DNA of 64,000 nt from the human T2T-CHM13v2.0 reference genome, Homo sapiens. A program made the translations under genes and the position numbers. The stretch is from assembly GCF_009914755.1 (NCBI RefSeq), contig NC_060934.1. The stretch is one strand, 5' to 3'. Below are positions 40,491-56,490 of this stretch, in pieces (the stretch's first letter is position 1; the number at the start of each line of letters is the position of its first letter). The notes under the pieces were generated by a model. That model saw only the letters and a list, made by a program, of their open reading frames with translations. It did no database searches and had not been told where the DNA came from.

Positions 40491-43400
40491 CGTTGGCCGG
40501 CTACAGAATTTGTTTAGCCCCAAAGAGTGGAGAGGAATCCTTTAAATAGGGCGGGAAGGGGAGGAAAAGGTGCGAGGGGGAAAGCCATCCTCCCTGGGCG
40601 ATCGCAGGCCTGGTCTCCCATGAGCCAGGCCCCAGGCTGCAAGTCTGATCTCTTCGGGGCTTTGTTCATTAATTTCTGTTTACTCTTGAGGGCTGGACAG
40701 GTCGAAGGCTCAGGGCCATTTGAAGTCCCTGGCTTTGCAGTTCCCCCTAAGTTTTACCCAGATGCTTGGACTAGCTGTATAGACCTGCGTTCGGTCAAGT
40801 CTTGCACTCTGCCCCACCTCGAGGGTCGCCAGGGAAAAGGAAGCCTCGCTCGCAGTCCCAGCTGTTGGCCGCGCGAAGGCGGCTCCTTCCCTGGCTGCAG
40901 CCAGGGCTACCAACGCGCCCGGGGGCGCTGCGCTGCGCCCCACTGCGGCCGAGCTCTCCCCCTTGGCCGCCCTCCCTTCTCCCCCGGCGGCCGCGGCTTT
41001 ATGCGGCTCCTTGTCACTTGCGGAGAATGCCTGTGCGAGGCCTGTGCTGCCACACGGCCGATTGTGAGCGTGCCAAGGCGGGTGAATGGGGAGGCCTCAG
41101 AGCGCCGCGCCATTGTGGGGCCGGGCCTCGCTGAAAGGCGGCTCCGGGCCGGGAAGGTGCGGAAAGAATGGCTTTTTATTGGAGTCCCGAACAAAAGGTG
41201 TGGTAGGAAGGCGAGGTCCCCTGCGCGAACAAAAACCCCAGCGCGTCGGATTGACGTCCCCCCCGAGCTCCCCATTGCTTCTCAGAGCGGGGGCTTTGTG
41301 CAGCAGTCTGCTCAACAGAGGGACGGAGAAATGTGCGGGGGTTTTGTTCCCCACTTTTTGTGCTCTGGGGGAGGGGGCGGCAGGGGGACGGGGGCTGGGC
41401 GGGCAGCAGGGAGGGGCGCGCTGATTAGGCCGGGCCGGCCGGGGCGCTGAGACGTTCAGCGGGAGTCGGCGGCCTGAATGCTGGGTCATTATTGCTACAA
41501 GTTTAGCAATTTCTCCCTTACAGGAGGGGGTGGGGCTGCTAGGCTGTGGCGGGGCCGCCCGGCTGGGGAGCTGTAGAGACCCGAGGAGGAGGAAGAAAAA
41601 GAAGGAGGGAAGGGAGGGAGGGAGGCAGGCAGGCAAGGGAGCCCTCCGAAGCCCTCTGACCGCCCAGGATGCGACTTGGACACATCCGAAAGGGCCTAGC
41701 GGGAGGCTAGAGAAGCGGCACTTGGGGAGCGAAGACCTTCCCTCCCCTTGCCTCTCAGGCGGCAGAAAGACCCCAGAGCCGAGCGTGAGCCAGTGCACCA
41801 GACTGCTGGTCCCGCAGCAACTCGCGGCCGGGTCCCTCCTCTTTCACGTCGCCCCCGAACTGGGACACAGCCTCCCACCACCGTGATGCCCGAATCCCCT
41901 TCCCTACCGCGCTCCCTCTTCTGGAGCCGTTACCTTTCCATGGATTGCTTAGGCCAAGGGCTGGAGAGGAAATTCTTGGCTTGTTACTTGCTTCTCACAG
42001 CCTGCGGCTGCAGACTTTCATTCATTCATTCATCCATTCAACTAGGTATACTGAGCACCTACTATGTATTCACTTGTACTGTTGAGTTGCTGGGAACGGT
42101 GAAAAAAAAAGTGTCCCTAGATTGGTGGATTTTATTTTCAGGTGTGAAGGTGTGGGTGGAGGGAGGGTGAGACAATAAACAAATGCAAAAACAGAAGATG
42201 AATTCTAAAAAGGAAATAGAACCAAACGCTGGGAACGGAGGTCTTTTCAAGTAGGCGGTCGGGAAAGCCTGTTGAGATTACATTTAAGTCAATGCCTGAA
42301 TGACAAAACGAAGTCATTCCAACAGTGCTTTGCTATCTCAGCCTCCATGCCTCAGCACATGCCCTCCCGTCCATCTGGAATGCCCTTCCACCCCCATTTT
42401 TCTGGTGAACTTTTGCCTCTCCTTCAAGGCCAAGCTTCTTTCCTGAACCACCTAAGTAGAGGTAATCACTCTCACATTTGTGCCACCAGAGTCTTAGGTA
42501 CTTTCCAATATCATAACATGGTGTCATGCAAAGATTTATTTGTCTCTCTCTCTCCACAGGAGGTTGTGGAGGGCCAGGTTGGCATCTTTTCCCTCTGGGA
42601 CAGGTACCACAGTAGGAGCTCATGGGGCCAGGAGGGTTGTGGGATGCCCTCTGGGCTCCGTCAGCACCTCTTCCCTGGTGCTTCATGGCTGCCTGAATTG
42701 CCTGGGTGCTGTTGAGCTGTGGCCTTGGCTGCTAGCTTCGAGGGAAATGTGGAACTGGAATCTTGCCTTCCCTGGGCCTAGTTCAGGACACTTGGCAACC
42801 CATCTCCAACCCAGCCGAAGGTCCCACCTCTTCTGTACCCCCTAATGCTGCCTAAGGACATCCCTGCCCACAATGTTGCACCTCGTCCTACAGCTCAATA
42901 CCTAGAATAGGAGGGAGGCTAAGACCTTGGTGAAGACCTTGACCCCAGGGCACAAAATTTGGGGCCTGGGGAACACTAGGATGTGTAAGAAACCCAGGAC
43001 CCGCGTCTGGGACCCAATTCGACTTCCCCTACATTCATTAGGTGCAGGGAATGGAAAGTCAGCAAGATCTGGGCAAGCACCCTGTGAGAGCTCACTCCCC
43101 CAGCACCTTCGCTCTTGGAACTGAAGTCTCTAGGAATAGCTGCCCTTGCTCCACTGGGGGTTTCCTAAGTAAGCAACTACTTTGCCTCCAATGCAGTCCC
43201 TTATCCTGCTGGGCCTTGGCCTCTCAGTGCTCCCAGCACCACACCCCCACTTTCCTTGCTGGGCTTCCTCTTGCCCTGCGTTGGTCTTCCTTCACTCTGC
43301 ATTCCCTCTTGTTCTGGAAAAGTGGCTTGTGATCCTCACAGAGGAAACAGAACTGGTTCTGTGGATTGGCTTCCGCAAGTTTGCGTGTCTTGAGATACTT

Positions 43401-44199
43401 GAAGCCAGCCTAGACCAGCCCGCTCCCTACCCTGCTCCGGAGCCTGCAGTCTCCAGGTATAAATAGCTCCCACCACTTCACTGGAGGATTTCCCTACTGC
43501 TCCTTGCTGGGGTTCCTCCATCAGAGGTTGAAAACCCTTGACCAACGCAGGTACCTCTTCCTTGGGCTCCCTCTCCAGGGTAAAAGTTCCCCCTGACAGG
43601 ACAAACTGCTGCTTCATTAAATTGTCCTGTGAGTCAGGAGGAATCAAAATCCAGGCAGGCCTTCTAATGACCCATGAGACTTGGGACAGGCCAAGTAAGT
43701 TGTTCCTCTGGGCTGTGGTTTTTGAGATCTATGGTAGAGAGAAGGGTGAACCATATGATTTCAGAGGTCACTTCAGGTTCAACCCTCCTGGGTTCCCTTG
43801 GATGAGTGTGTAACCCCTCCCCACCCAATAAGCTCAGGGTGGGTTGGCACCACTGAGGGAAGAAGTGGGATAGGTTTTAGATGGCTAGTACTTTTTCCTG
43901 CAAAGCCTGATCTTGAGGAGTTAAGAGGATGAACTCTGAAGTCAGACTGAGTCTATTCTATTCTCAGCAGCACCACAACCAGCAGTGGAAACTTTGAATA
44001 AGTTAGAAGTGCCCTGAACCTCAGTTTCTTCCTCTATAAAATGGGTATGCTTGTAGCACCTCTTTTTTTTTTTTTGCCTACAGTAAAACATGCAAATAGT
44101 TAAGGATGCAACTCAGTGAATGTTTATATAGTAAACATTCGTGTATCAATCATTTTGGCTTTAAAAGTTAAATAAGATGATCAATCTCAATACCTAGGA

Positions 44200-45150
44200 T
44201 ATTGCGTCGACGTTCTAGGAAGATGTCTAGGACTCTATTCCGCCCTCGAGGCACTCCCAGGTCCCCGGGGTGAGGGGGGTGGAAACAGGGGGGTGGGAAC
44301 AGGGGCGCGGGGGGGGTCGTGGGAAACAGGGCGGCACAAGGACCGAAAACCCCAGCTCCGCGGGCGCGTGTCACCACAGAGATCCGGCAGAGCCATTGCG
44401 GGTAAACCTGGGACAGGTGGCGCCCGGCGGGGTCTGCAGGGCTTTGATTTCGGCTGCATCTGGGACATTCGACAGAAGGGGAAGGTGGAAGGACGTTTCC
44501 TGGGGGAGGTTCGAGTCCTCTCTAGCCCACCACTGCAGGGAGGAAAGGGTAAGGAGTGGAAACCCGGCCCCTCTCCGCGGGGCTTCTCCCGGGCCCGCGC
44601 GCGCCGCCGGAGTGACTTGGGGCCGCGCCTCTGCCAGGGTGGGGCCGGGTGGGCAGGGGCTTCCCTGGAGACTCGCGCGGGAGACCGGGAGGTCCAAGGC
44701 CCCAGTCGCAGCCGCCCAGTTCCTCGCTTTCTGGTTCAGGACGCCAGTGGGGACTTCCCGGGCGCCTCCTCCCAACTCCAGGGGCCCGAGCCCTGGAAGG
44801 ACTGTGATTTGTCCGCGACTGGAGAGAGTTCAGTGCAGTCTGGCCCCGCGCGAGAGGGAAGGATCCTTTCTAACCGCCCGGAGCAGCGCAGGTGCCACGG
44901 GGCGGGGCGCTCAGGGGCCGGCCGCTGCTTCCCAGGCGGGGCCGGCCGCTGCTTCCCAGGCGGGCCCGGGGCGGTCAGAGCCAGCTGGGCCGGGAGTGCC
45001 CCGGCGAGCCCCGGGAGAGCCTAGCCGACTCTGCAGGTGAGAGTCCAAACTGCAAGAGCCAGCAGTCCTGACGGTCGCGGAGGTAGGACGTCCTGGGTGG
45101 GGCTTAAGGGGCACGGGGAGGCCCCTGCAGGGAGTCCTGGGGAGGCGTCA
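44200..45150. promoter_or_regulatory. Orphan CpG island ~4 kb downstream of the NKX2-3 polyA site
   Basis: Dense CpG, GC boxes (GGGGCGGGGC ~44899) and G-runs. Confidence 0.8.
44914..44961 (+). repeat. Perfect 24-bp tandem duplication GGGGCCGGCCGCTGCTTCCCAGGC x2
   Basis: Units 44914-44937 and 44938-44961 are identical. Confidence 0.95.
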
Positions 45151-45734
45151 GGGGGAGGGGGCACTGATCTCTAAACCACGTTTGCTTTGTTGAAAATATG
45201 CCCCCACCCCACCCCACCTAGATTGTAAGTAACAGATTAATAACAGCTGAGGTTTTCCAAAGGCGCGATTAGTAAACTTCTTATTGGAGTGGGAGATACA
45301 TATAGAAAACCCCAAGCGTACGGCTCGCTCTATCTTTATAAACGGAACCCTTCCATGCTACCAACTCCCAGATGAAGAAGCAGAACATTATCAGTCCCCG
45401 GAAAGTACCCCCATGCTCTCTTCTTGTCACTACTACCTGGAGCCACTAAGGGTAACCACTGTCCTGGCTTCTAACAGCACAGGTTAGTTTTGCCCGTTTG
45501 GGAACTTTATCTAAATGGAATCATATAGATTGCACTCTTGTGCGCCTGCTTCATTCGTTCGTGAGATTTATCCATACGGCTGCATGTAGTTGTAGGTCGT
45601 TCATTTCAGTTACTTTAGAGTGTTCCACGGTGTGAATATACCACAATCAATGTATCCATTCTGCTGTTTATAGGTATTTGGATTGTTTCTAGTTTTTAGG
45701 CTGTTGTGAATAGCACCACTACGATATGCTAAAA

Positions 45735-45940
45735 CAGCGTCCAATAGAACTTCCTGCGATGATAAAAAATGTTCTATATCTGTGTTGTCCAACATGGTAG
45801 CCATTAGTGACATGTGACTTTTGAGCACTTGAAATGTGACAGGTGTGACTGAGGAACTCAATTTTTAATTTTCTAAAATTGCAATTAATTTAAATGTAAA
45901 TAGCTAATACGGCTAGAGCTACTCTATTGGACAGCACAGT
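45735..45940. mobile_element. MER3 (hAT-Charlie MITE)
   Basis: Inverted ends GTCCAATAGA / TCTATTGGAC; internal GAGCACTTGAAATGTG. Confidence 0.8.
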
Positions 45941-46006
45941 TCTAGCTTGTCTTTTGGTGACCACAATACATATTTCTATTCAGTATATGCCTAGGAGTGC
46001 AATTGC

Positions 46007-46341
<335 letters not shown>

Positions 46342-46953
46342 TAGACACAAATATTAGCCTTAATAGGGTCTGCCAAGCAGTTTTCTACAGTTGGTTAGAC
46401 CAATTTACACTCCTACCAGTGTTGGCACCACATGCCCCAATACTTAGTATTTTTATTTCATTTCTCTTTCATTTTAGCCATTCTGGTGAGCATGTAGTTA
46501 AAAGGCTTTTGTTCACTTTTGTGTAAGATTGTGAAATTGCCATTTAACCATAGTGAAGAAGAAGAAGATGATGGTGGTGGTTGGGGGTTTCTTGGAGGCT
46601 GAGAGAGGCCATGTGAGTCTAAAGCCCACCCTTTTCATGACTCCACCTTGCAGTCAGACCTCCCGCTCAGTCGCTTTCTCCCTTAGGAACTAGACCTAGG
46701 GCATCAGCAGGACTTGAGGGAAGGGCTGTGTGTTTGGAGGTTATCTATCTCCCATAGCTCTTGCTACTTTATGCCTTCTCAAAATCAGTGTCTGCTCTTC
46801 TTTTACTGCTACTTATTAGAATGCCTCACCAGCAGAGATGGTGAGCTTGCTTGGCAGGCTGCAACCAGGATAGAGAAGCCAGGTTTTGTTCTGGCCGCAG
46901 TTTTAGTTTGTGACTTGGCTTTACCATGTGTAAAACAGCATTAGCAATCCTTG

Positions 46954-47629
<676 letters not shown>

Positions 47630-47675
47630 TCAACCCTGTGGAGGCAGCAGGGAGATTTCTTACTATGTGTCAGGC

Positions 47676-47709
<34 letters not shown>

Positions 47710-47726
47710 TGTGTGTGTGTGTGTGT
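47676..47726 (+). repeat. (TG)n microsatellite
   Basis: Directly visible. Confidence 0.95.
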
Positions 47727-49247
47727 TGCTTTGTAGATATTCTCTTTAATCCTCAGAATAGCTATGTGAAGATTCCTTATTTACACATGAAGAAACTGAG
47801 GCTCAGAGAGATTAAGTCACTCTCCCCAAGTGCCACAGCAAGTAAACAGTAGCAATAACCTCAATAGGACTTTTCACCCAGTGCCACTAAGAACATTTCT
47901 GTTTTCTACCTCTCTCCTCTGGGTAAACTGACTAGTGCAGATTTTGAAATTCTGGATGAAATTAGACGCCCTATGCTACACCTCCTTTTGTATGGACCTA
48001 GGCTGACCACTGACCACCTATGTGTTGGAAATTAAGCAAAGCATTTGTTATGTTAAAATACCAGTGAAATTCACTTTGTGTGATACAATGAGTTCTTGGA
48101 AAGTTGTATGCAAAGGGCTTTTTGCCATGGGTAGGGAGAAAAATTGAGTACATTTAAACTTATCACTGGAGTTTGTTCTTTAAAAATATCCCAAGCTGAA
48201 TTATTTTTTAAAGGGAAGGATTCCTTTGAAATATGAATAATAACCCAGAATTTCTTAAGTTGAGGGTTACAAGTAATTTTTAAAAAGTGAGGAACAACTC
48301 AAAATTATATGCAAGATTCATCAATATTTCATAGCTATTTCCTGGTTCATTGAGAAGGGTTATCTTGAAAGTTTCACTGGGGCCATCTTGAGAGTGAATT
48401 ATCTGGGAGGTACGCAGATTTGTTCTCAATCCAGATAATGAGTAACTAGAAACCCATTGCCCCCATGGCTACTGGTGGATTCAGGCTCAGTATGGCTATA
48501 TTTTACAGTCCTTGATCACTTGGTGAACCTCTCACAGAGGGGACTCAAGAGTCAAAGGATTATTATATTACATCACCTTTTGGGCCCCTTCCAGCCTTGA
48601 GAGTCTTTAAACTAAATTTGTTACATGCCTGTAGATTCAGCTGTACATTTCACCTAAGAATCACCAAAGTCTAACTCTTTTCTGATGCCCAGTTCTGCCT
48701 GCAGCATCCTAAGCAAGGCACTGTCCCATATCTCCTGGACACTACCCATAGGAGAACCACTCACCCCTCTACTCAATAAGTGTGAAAAAATTCTGTCTTA
48801 TGTTCACATGGAATCTGCCTTCCTGCAACTTCCATCACTGGCAACTCCTGTTTTCACAGATGTCTACTTCTGCATGTCAACTCTTCACATATTTAAAAGT
48901 CAGCCATTGAATGCTGTGTAGACCCTCTCTTCTCCCAGTAAAATAACCTCGGTTTCTTTGACTATCCTCAGCCTCCTGGCCATTCCTCAGTAGATGTTCT
49001 CTAGCTCCCCTGTTTCTTCTGTGCCTGGGCTGTTCTGCTGTGTTCCTCAAGGGAGGGCCCCCCTTCCTAAGCCTTTAAACACATCTATCCATCCTCCCCC
49101 ACTCTTCTGAGAAGGAAGGGGCCAGCTGGGAGGCTCTCCTCAAATTAAGTTTTTATTCCTTAGTCTTCAGAGGAATAAGTACCATTCTTCTCTCTACAAG
49201 TAATGTTTCCTTTTAAAGTCTAGATAAAAGCTTCTTTCCTATTTCTA

Positions 49248-49682
<435 letters not shown>

Positions 49683-51134
49683 CTACCTTCCTTTCTCTCT
49701 CAAACATGTAGCCATCTCTCCATATTACCTTCTCTTAATACTGGTGCCTCTTTCTTAAATATCTTTCCTCCCTTTTTCTGTCAGTTTCTGCCTATTTTTT
49801 CACCAGCTCCTTCCCTCTCCCCCAGCCTAACTGATGTTTGCTTTCTAGGTGGTGGACACTGATGCCTGGTTGGAAGTTGCCTTTGTGGTCCTCTGGCTCA
49901 GTTCTTCCCAGACACCTGTGCCCACTTTCCAGCACTCCTGAGGAGTCATTGTTCTCAAAGAGTCACTCTTTGAGGTCAGCATTGGTCCAGTGGCTTCTCT
50001 TCAGGGTTGTCCTTTATTACTTCTCTTTAACATTTGGCATAATGACTTTTTTCCTGGAAAGTCTTCTCATAGTTTTGACACCACGTACTTGCCTGATTTC
50101 CTTGCACAAAGTATAGCTCCTCAGTCTTCCTTCTCCATTCCCACTTAAGGGAACCTTCCAAGGCTCAGTGGCTTTTCAACACTCTTTAGATCCTAAAGCT
50201 GGTCATTGTACAGTGTCAACTATCACTTTTATACTACGGGCCCCTGAATCTACAGCTTTGGCCTTGGTTTCCCTCTAATGTCATATTTCCAAATGCCTAG
50301 AGGATAATTCTACTTGTGCACCTCACTGTCATCTCAAGTTCATCACCACTCTCCAAAAGTACTCACATCTCAGCTTCGGCCAATGGCATGACCTGTCCTT
50401 GTTTTCTTCCCTTTGTTTGTTTGTTGAACCAATCAGTCAACAAATGATTTCCCCAAGAGTCTCTCTTCACTTAAAGCAGAAGGAAAGGGAGGACTAACGT
50501 TACTGAGCACCTAATGCTTTTCAGGTACTGGGCTTTCACCCTGACCCATTTCATACTAGAAACATTCTGAAAAGTAAGTGCCATTTTTCTCATGTTATGG
50601 ATTAAGAAATCAAACTTTGAGAATGTTGAGACTTGTTCAATGACATCCAGCTCTAGAGTGACAGAATCAAGTTCAAATCAAGGTCTATCTGATTTTAAAG
50701 CCTAAGCACTTTACTGTAATAACCTCCTAACTTGCCCCCTTGGTGTGAGTATATAGTTGATAAACCCAGTCCTCATGCAGGCACTGATTTATTTTCCCCA
50801 GTGACTCTTACTTAAAGGTACCTATATTTTTTTCAACCACACTATGGCTCCTCGCTGTGCATAGGATCAAATATACACTCAGGCCACTAATGAACTCCTA
50901 TTACTTTGCCTAGTCAACCAAATTTCCCACTTTTTTTTTATGATCTACACAATCTCCTTACCATCCTGCTCCCGCTAACCCTTTATTAACTATGCTCATT
51001 CCTGGGGAAACATCTCAGTTCTTCCAAAACTCCTCCGAACTTCAAGTCAAGTGCCTCTTAATGATGAAGTCTTTTCCAGCCAGCACAGCCCACAGTGATT
51101 GCACATTCTCTGAAGGTAGATGAAATAGTGACTG

Positions 51135-51428
51135 AATGCAGTGGCTCATATCTGTAATCCCAGCAGTTTGGGAGGCTGAGGCGGTGGATGGCTTGAGTAC
51201 AGGAGTTCAAGACCAGCCTGGGCAGCATGGCAAAACCCCATCTCTACAAAAAAATACAAAAATTACCCAGGCATGGTGGCATGCACCTGTAGTCCCAGCT
51301 ACTCAGGAAGCTGAGTTGGTAGCATCACCTAAGCCTGGGAGGTTAAAGCTGCAGTGAGTTATGATTGTGCCACTGCACTCCAGCCTGGGCAACAGAGTGA
51401 GACTCCATCTCTTAAAAAAAAAAAAAAA
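51135..51428 (+). mobile_element. AluJ
   Basis: Alu consensus. Confidence 0.9.
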
Positions 51429-53367
51429 GTAGTCTTGTTTGTGGTCTCATTATTTCCATTCTCAATTAGAAAATAAGCTCCTTGAGGGCAAGGATCATGT
51501 TTTTTGCTTCCTTTGTATTACCCACAGAGATGGATATAAATGAAATAATTTAGGAAAAAAAGATTAGAAAAGTATAAAATGCAATATAAATGAAGCATAT
51601 TTTTCTTAATATTGCTAATGTTATAAACATTGGGATAATTTATTGTCTGGTTGGAATTGTGTACAAGTTCAGCAAACAACAGTAACTTGAGGGATTTGAT
51701 AAATAAAACAGGCCCAGAGTTCTTCTTCCTCCTTCTATTTAATCCTTAACAGCACTGTCTTGCCTGCTCAGACTGAATGTGTTAGAGAGGCACCTACATT
51801 GTCCACTAGATGACTGGCTAGTTAAGGACATGGAAGGCCCAAATAATAGTTGCTCCATTTTACAGATGAGAGAAAACTGAGGGGTTCAGAGAGGTTAAGC
51901 AACTTGTACAAGATCACGCAGCTAGTATCAGAGCTGGAGATAAAGCTGATCTGTTTGCCTTCTCCAGAAAACTCTTTGAGACACATTGACCAATTGTTGG
52001 CCGCTTCAAGTGGATGTCCATTTCCTCCTCAATAGCTGCTCTTGGTGATGTCTCTGCTAAGAACTGCACCCATACTTTGGCTCTATCAATGATCCTGTTA
52101 GTTTAGCATCTCCTGAGTGGTGAGAAGCAGTCAAGTGCCCTGCCTCTGCCCTCTAGTGATGACCATGGGATGCACAACTCCTCCTGGCACTGTCTCTGAG
52201 GGACCTGTCAGTACCTTCTGATGTTGCCAGGGACCAGAGGCCACACAGACTAAGGCTACAGAAAGGTACAAGTCTCCTAGGCTTCCTTCCTGGGCTGTTC
52301 CTTGAGGGAAGTCTTGGGTTCTCTGGGCCCCCCACTCCTGCTGGTCCTTTAAGGAAGACCCACACATTCCTGACAATGACCAAAATCGGATAAGAGAGGG
52401 ACTTGGTGATAGCCCCAAATTCCTTTTCAAGGAGTCAGCGAAAGCATCTGACTCAGAGTCCAGAGAACAGATGTCTGTTCTTAGCTTCCATGGCCCTTTG
52501 TTCATTGATACACACCTATGCCTGGTATTGTTATGAGTTCCAAAATGTACTTATTTTATGTGACCTTGAGCCAGTCTCTTAATCTCTCAGAGCAGTAGCA
52601 TCCTAATCTGAAAAGGGAATGAAAATCTTCTTGCCTCGCCTACCTATAGGGATGTGATGAGGATCAAGCCCGAGAGCCAGTGTAAAATGGGGTGAGGTTG
52701 AAAGTAGCTCTCCTTCCTCTTCCAATGTCGACTCGGGGCACTAGAGCCTACGTGCAGACCAAGCCTCCAGGGCTGTCCACCATCTCAGTGTTCCTTCAGA
52801 TAAATAAGCTCACCGCTCTGATTGGATGCTGGCTTACTTAGGACCACCAGTGCCTTTGGGTCAATTAGAAAAAGACATCATTTCCTCTGAGTGGATATGG
52901 CTTTTGCCAGGTGCTCAGCTTGGTGGATGGAAATGGATTTCTCTTGGGGCAGGTGTTCTCATTCAGTGAATAACCACACAGCTAAACATCATGGTTTTGA
53001 TGCCATCAGCTTCTGTTTATCCCTCTCTCTATTCCCTGAATAATCAAATGGATATGCTGATCACATTTAAAGGACACTAAATCATTACATTAGGAAAAAG
53101 TCAGCCATAAATAGGTGATGTGGCCTCTGGGGGAGGAAATTCCCAGCCCTGTGACTGGGGTTGCTTGATTTCCTCAGGCATGGGGCAAACAGTGCTCTTG
53201 TCACTGGCCCTAGAGCCTAAAGAAGAATTCCTCCCTTAGCTGACCGTCATCCTATACTGTGATTGTGGACAATGATGAATTTCAGACTTGCACTTTGAGG
53301 GCAAGTGAGAATAAATGACCCTCTGATGGAAAATGACAGTACTGTGGGTAGCAGGGCCTGGCAGGGC

Positions 53368-53673
53368 ATTTTATTTTTATTTGTTTGTTTTAAGACAGGT
53401 TCTCACTCTGTTGTCTGGACTGGGGTGCAACGGCACGATCTCGGCTCACTGCTACCTACACCTCCTAGGCTTAAGCCATCCTCCCACCCTCAGTCTCCCG
53501 AGCAGCTGGGACTACAGGCATGTACCACCATGTCCAACTAATTTTTGTATCTTTTGTGAAGACAGGGTTTCACCGTGTTGCCCAGGCTGGTCTTGAAGTC
53601 CTGTGCTCAGGCAATTCTCCTGTCTCGGCCTCCCAAAGTGCTGGGACTACAGGCGTGAGCCACCATGCCCAAC
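53368..53673 (-). mobile_element. AluJ
   Basis: Alu consensus; TSD-like GGGCATTTTA. Confidence 0.9.
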
Positions 53674-53905
53674 CTTGTCCGGGCATTTTAGACTCTGTTG
53701 TTTTCTGTCTCCCTGATACTAATCTCTTTCTCTTTCCACTTGTCTCTGCTCCCCTATTTTCCTCTCCCTGTCTCTCCTCCCTCTCTTCGCTTCACCCCCT
53801 TTTCTTTCTATGTATCTGTATTCCTCTGAAATCCTCTGCTTGTCATTCCTCTCTCCTTTTCCATTCCCTCTTTCTTCCCTCCCTCTCCTTTTGTCCACTA
53901 ACTGA

Positions 53906-54595
<690 letters not shown>

Positions 54596-56094
54596 TCAAT
54601 AGCTTTATACATTCTATTATTTATGTTTTAAAATTAGACAACTTGAACCAGTCATGCTTCTCCAATAAAAATAGCAGCATATTAACTGGCTCTTCTATTT
54701 GTATATAAACTATAAGTGCTCTTTTCTGTGCATCAGTGATTTTTGTAAGGAACTCTCCCCCACCACGGTTTGTACAATAAACCGTGATGCATGCCTATAG
54801 AAAGGAAGGAAGCCCGCAGGGAGGCCCTCGTCTGGTGAGCATCAATCCTCTTCAGGATACCAGCAGCAAGGAAGATTTCAGATCACAGAATGTGGAAGGA
54901 AATTTTCAAGGCTCTTTGCTTTGTTTCCAGGCTCTCCCTGCACCTTACCCACCCCCTGCAGGTCTAGAGAAGTTACATGATTTCTCCAAAGTCACACAGC
55001 CAGTTCATGGCAAAACCTCCAGCAGAACCTATTTGTCGAACACAACAAATATATGACAAGGGATATGTAATATCCTCTTCTGTAGGAGCTACAAGAATTC
55101 ACACAGCTTAATAAGACCCAGTCACCTCTTAAATGAAATTTACTACCTCCAGGGAGAAGATAGATCATTGAACCAACACTCATTTACCAGGTTGACAAAA
55201 TCAAATTCAACCCAAAAGTCTACAGATTACGTGTCAAATTACATTCGCACACAATAGGTCATGCTAATGGAGGGTCAGGGATTTGGGCCATCCACACAGA
55301 TGATGATCTGTTTTCCCTTCAGCACTTGGCACATACCCAGGGCCTCGCTCACTGACATGTTAGACAACAGCTCACCACAAACAGCTGCTCCTGTTGCTAG
55401 CAGCTTTCAGCCTTCTCTAAGTACCTTCTCCTGCAATAAGCCACATGACTCCTCTTCCCGGGGAGGCTGTGATCTGCAGTTAGTAGGCAGTCTTGCCGAC
55501 TGACTTTGAGTTTCTGAAGTCCTAAATTCCCAGAGCATTTTGGTCTTTCTTCCTGCCTTTTTTTTTTCTTTTTTAGTGGCACCCATCACTTTCTGTTCAG
55601 TTCAAAAAATATTCATGGGTATTTACTACAGCCAAGCATTGTGCTGAGCACTAGGAATAAGCCAGGCTCCCCACCCTCCAGTGAGTTAAGTGTCATGGTG
55701 GGGTGGGGGCGAGGACAGACTCGGGAAGAACATCTCCCTCCCTCTGCGATGGGAGGTGAAAACCTGGGGGCTGCACAGGGTATTATTGGCCCAATAGGAG
55801 GAGTCAGGACAGACTTCAGGGAGATGACATTTGAGTCAAGCCTTGAGGCATAAATAGCAAGGCATTTGCCAGGCAGAATGAAGGAAAGTAAAACTAGTTC
55901 TGTAAAAGGGGAGGTAGGAAATTAGAGGAGGGGGGTTGGAGGGGGAAGTAGGGGCCAGTTGTCCTCACTTGCTACATCACTACCAAGCTTCCCCACATGG
56001 ACACCATCTCTCTACGTTGAGGAGAAACAGGCAGAAATGCATAGGTTTTGTTTTGACTCTAACAACAATTTCCTTTGGCTTTAAAACTTATGTT

Positions 56095-56490
56095 GGACAG
56101 AAACACAACCACTGTATGATCTCACTTGTATGTGAAATCTTAAAAAGTTGAACTCAGAAGCTGAGAGTACAACAGTGGTTACCGGGAATGGGGATGGGAG
56201 GAGAGGTGGCAGACAAAGTTACAAAATTTCAGTTAAACAAGAGGAATAAATTCAAGAGACCTGTTGTACAACATGATGATGACAGTTATTAACAATGTAT
56301 TGTATACTTAAAAATTGCTAAGAGGGTGGATTTTAAGTGTTTTCACTACAAATAAATGATAAGTATGGGAGGTAATAGATTGTTAATTAGCTTGATTCAG
56401 CTATTGCACATTGTGTACACATGAAAATATCATGTTGTACAACATAAATACACACTATTTTTATTTGCCAATTAAAAATAATTTTAAAAA
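56095..56490 (+). mobile_element. L1MA-type 3' end
   Basis: CTGTATGATCTCACTT, AAAATTGCTAAGAG.GTGGATTTTAAGTGTT, TTTTTATTTG.CAATTAAAAA. Confidence 0.8.

Larger units (their letters stand above)
38740..41920. promoter_or_regulatory. Large CpG island covering exon 2, the 3'UTR and the downstream region
   Basis: Very high CpG density throughout. Confidence 0.85.

Noticed and set aside
40527-41450. 307-aa ORF downstream of NKX2-3
   Set aside because: GTG start, Gly/Arg/Pro-rich, no recognisable domain; expected from stop-codon scarcity in a CpG island.
44270-45040. Overlapping 256-aa and 243-aa ORFs
   Set aside because: Non-ATG starts and several frames open at once in very GC-rich DNA; no domain similarity.
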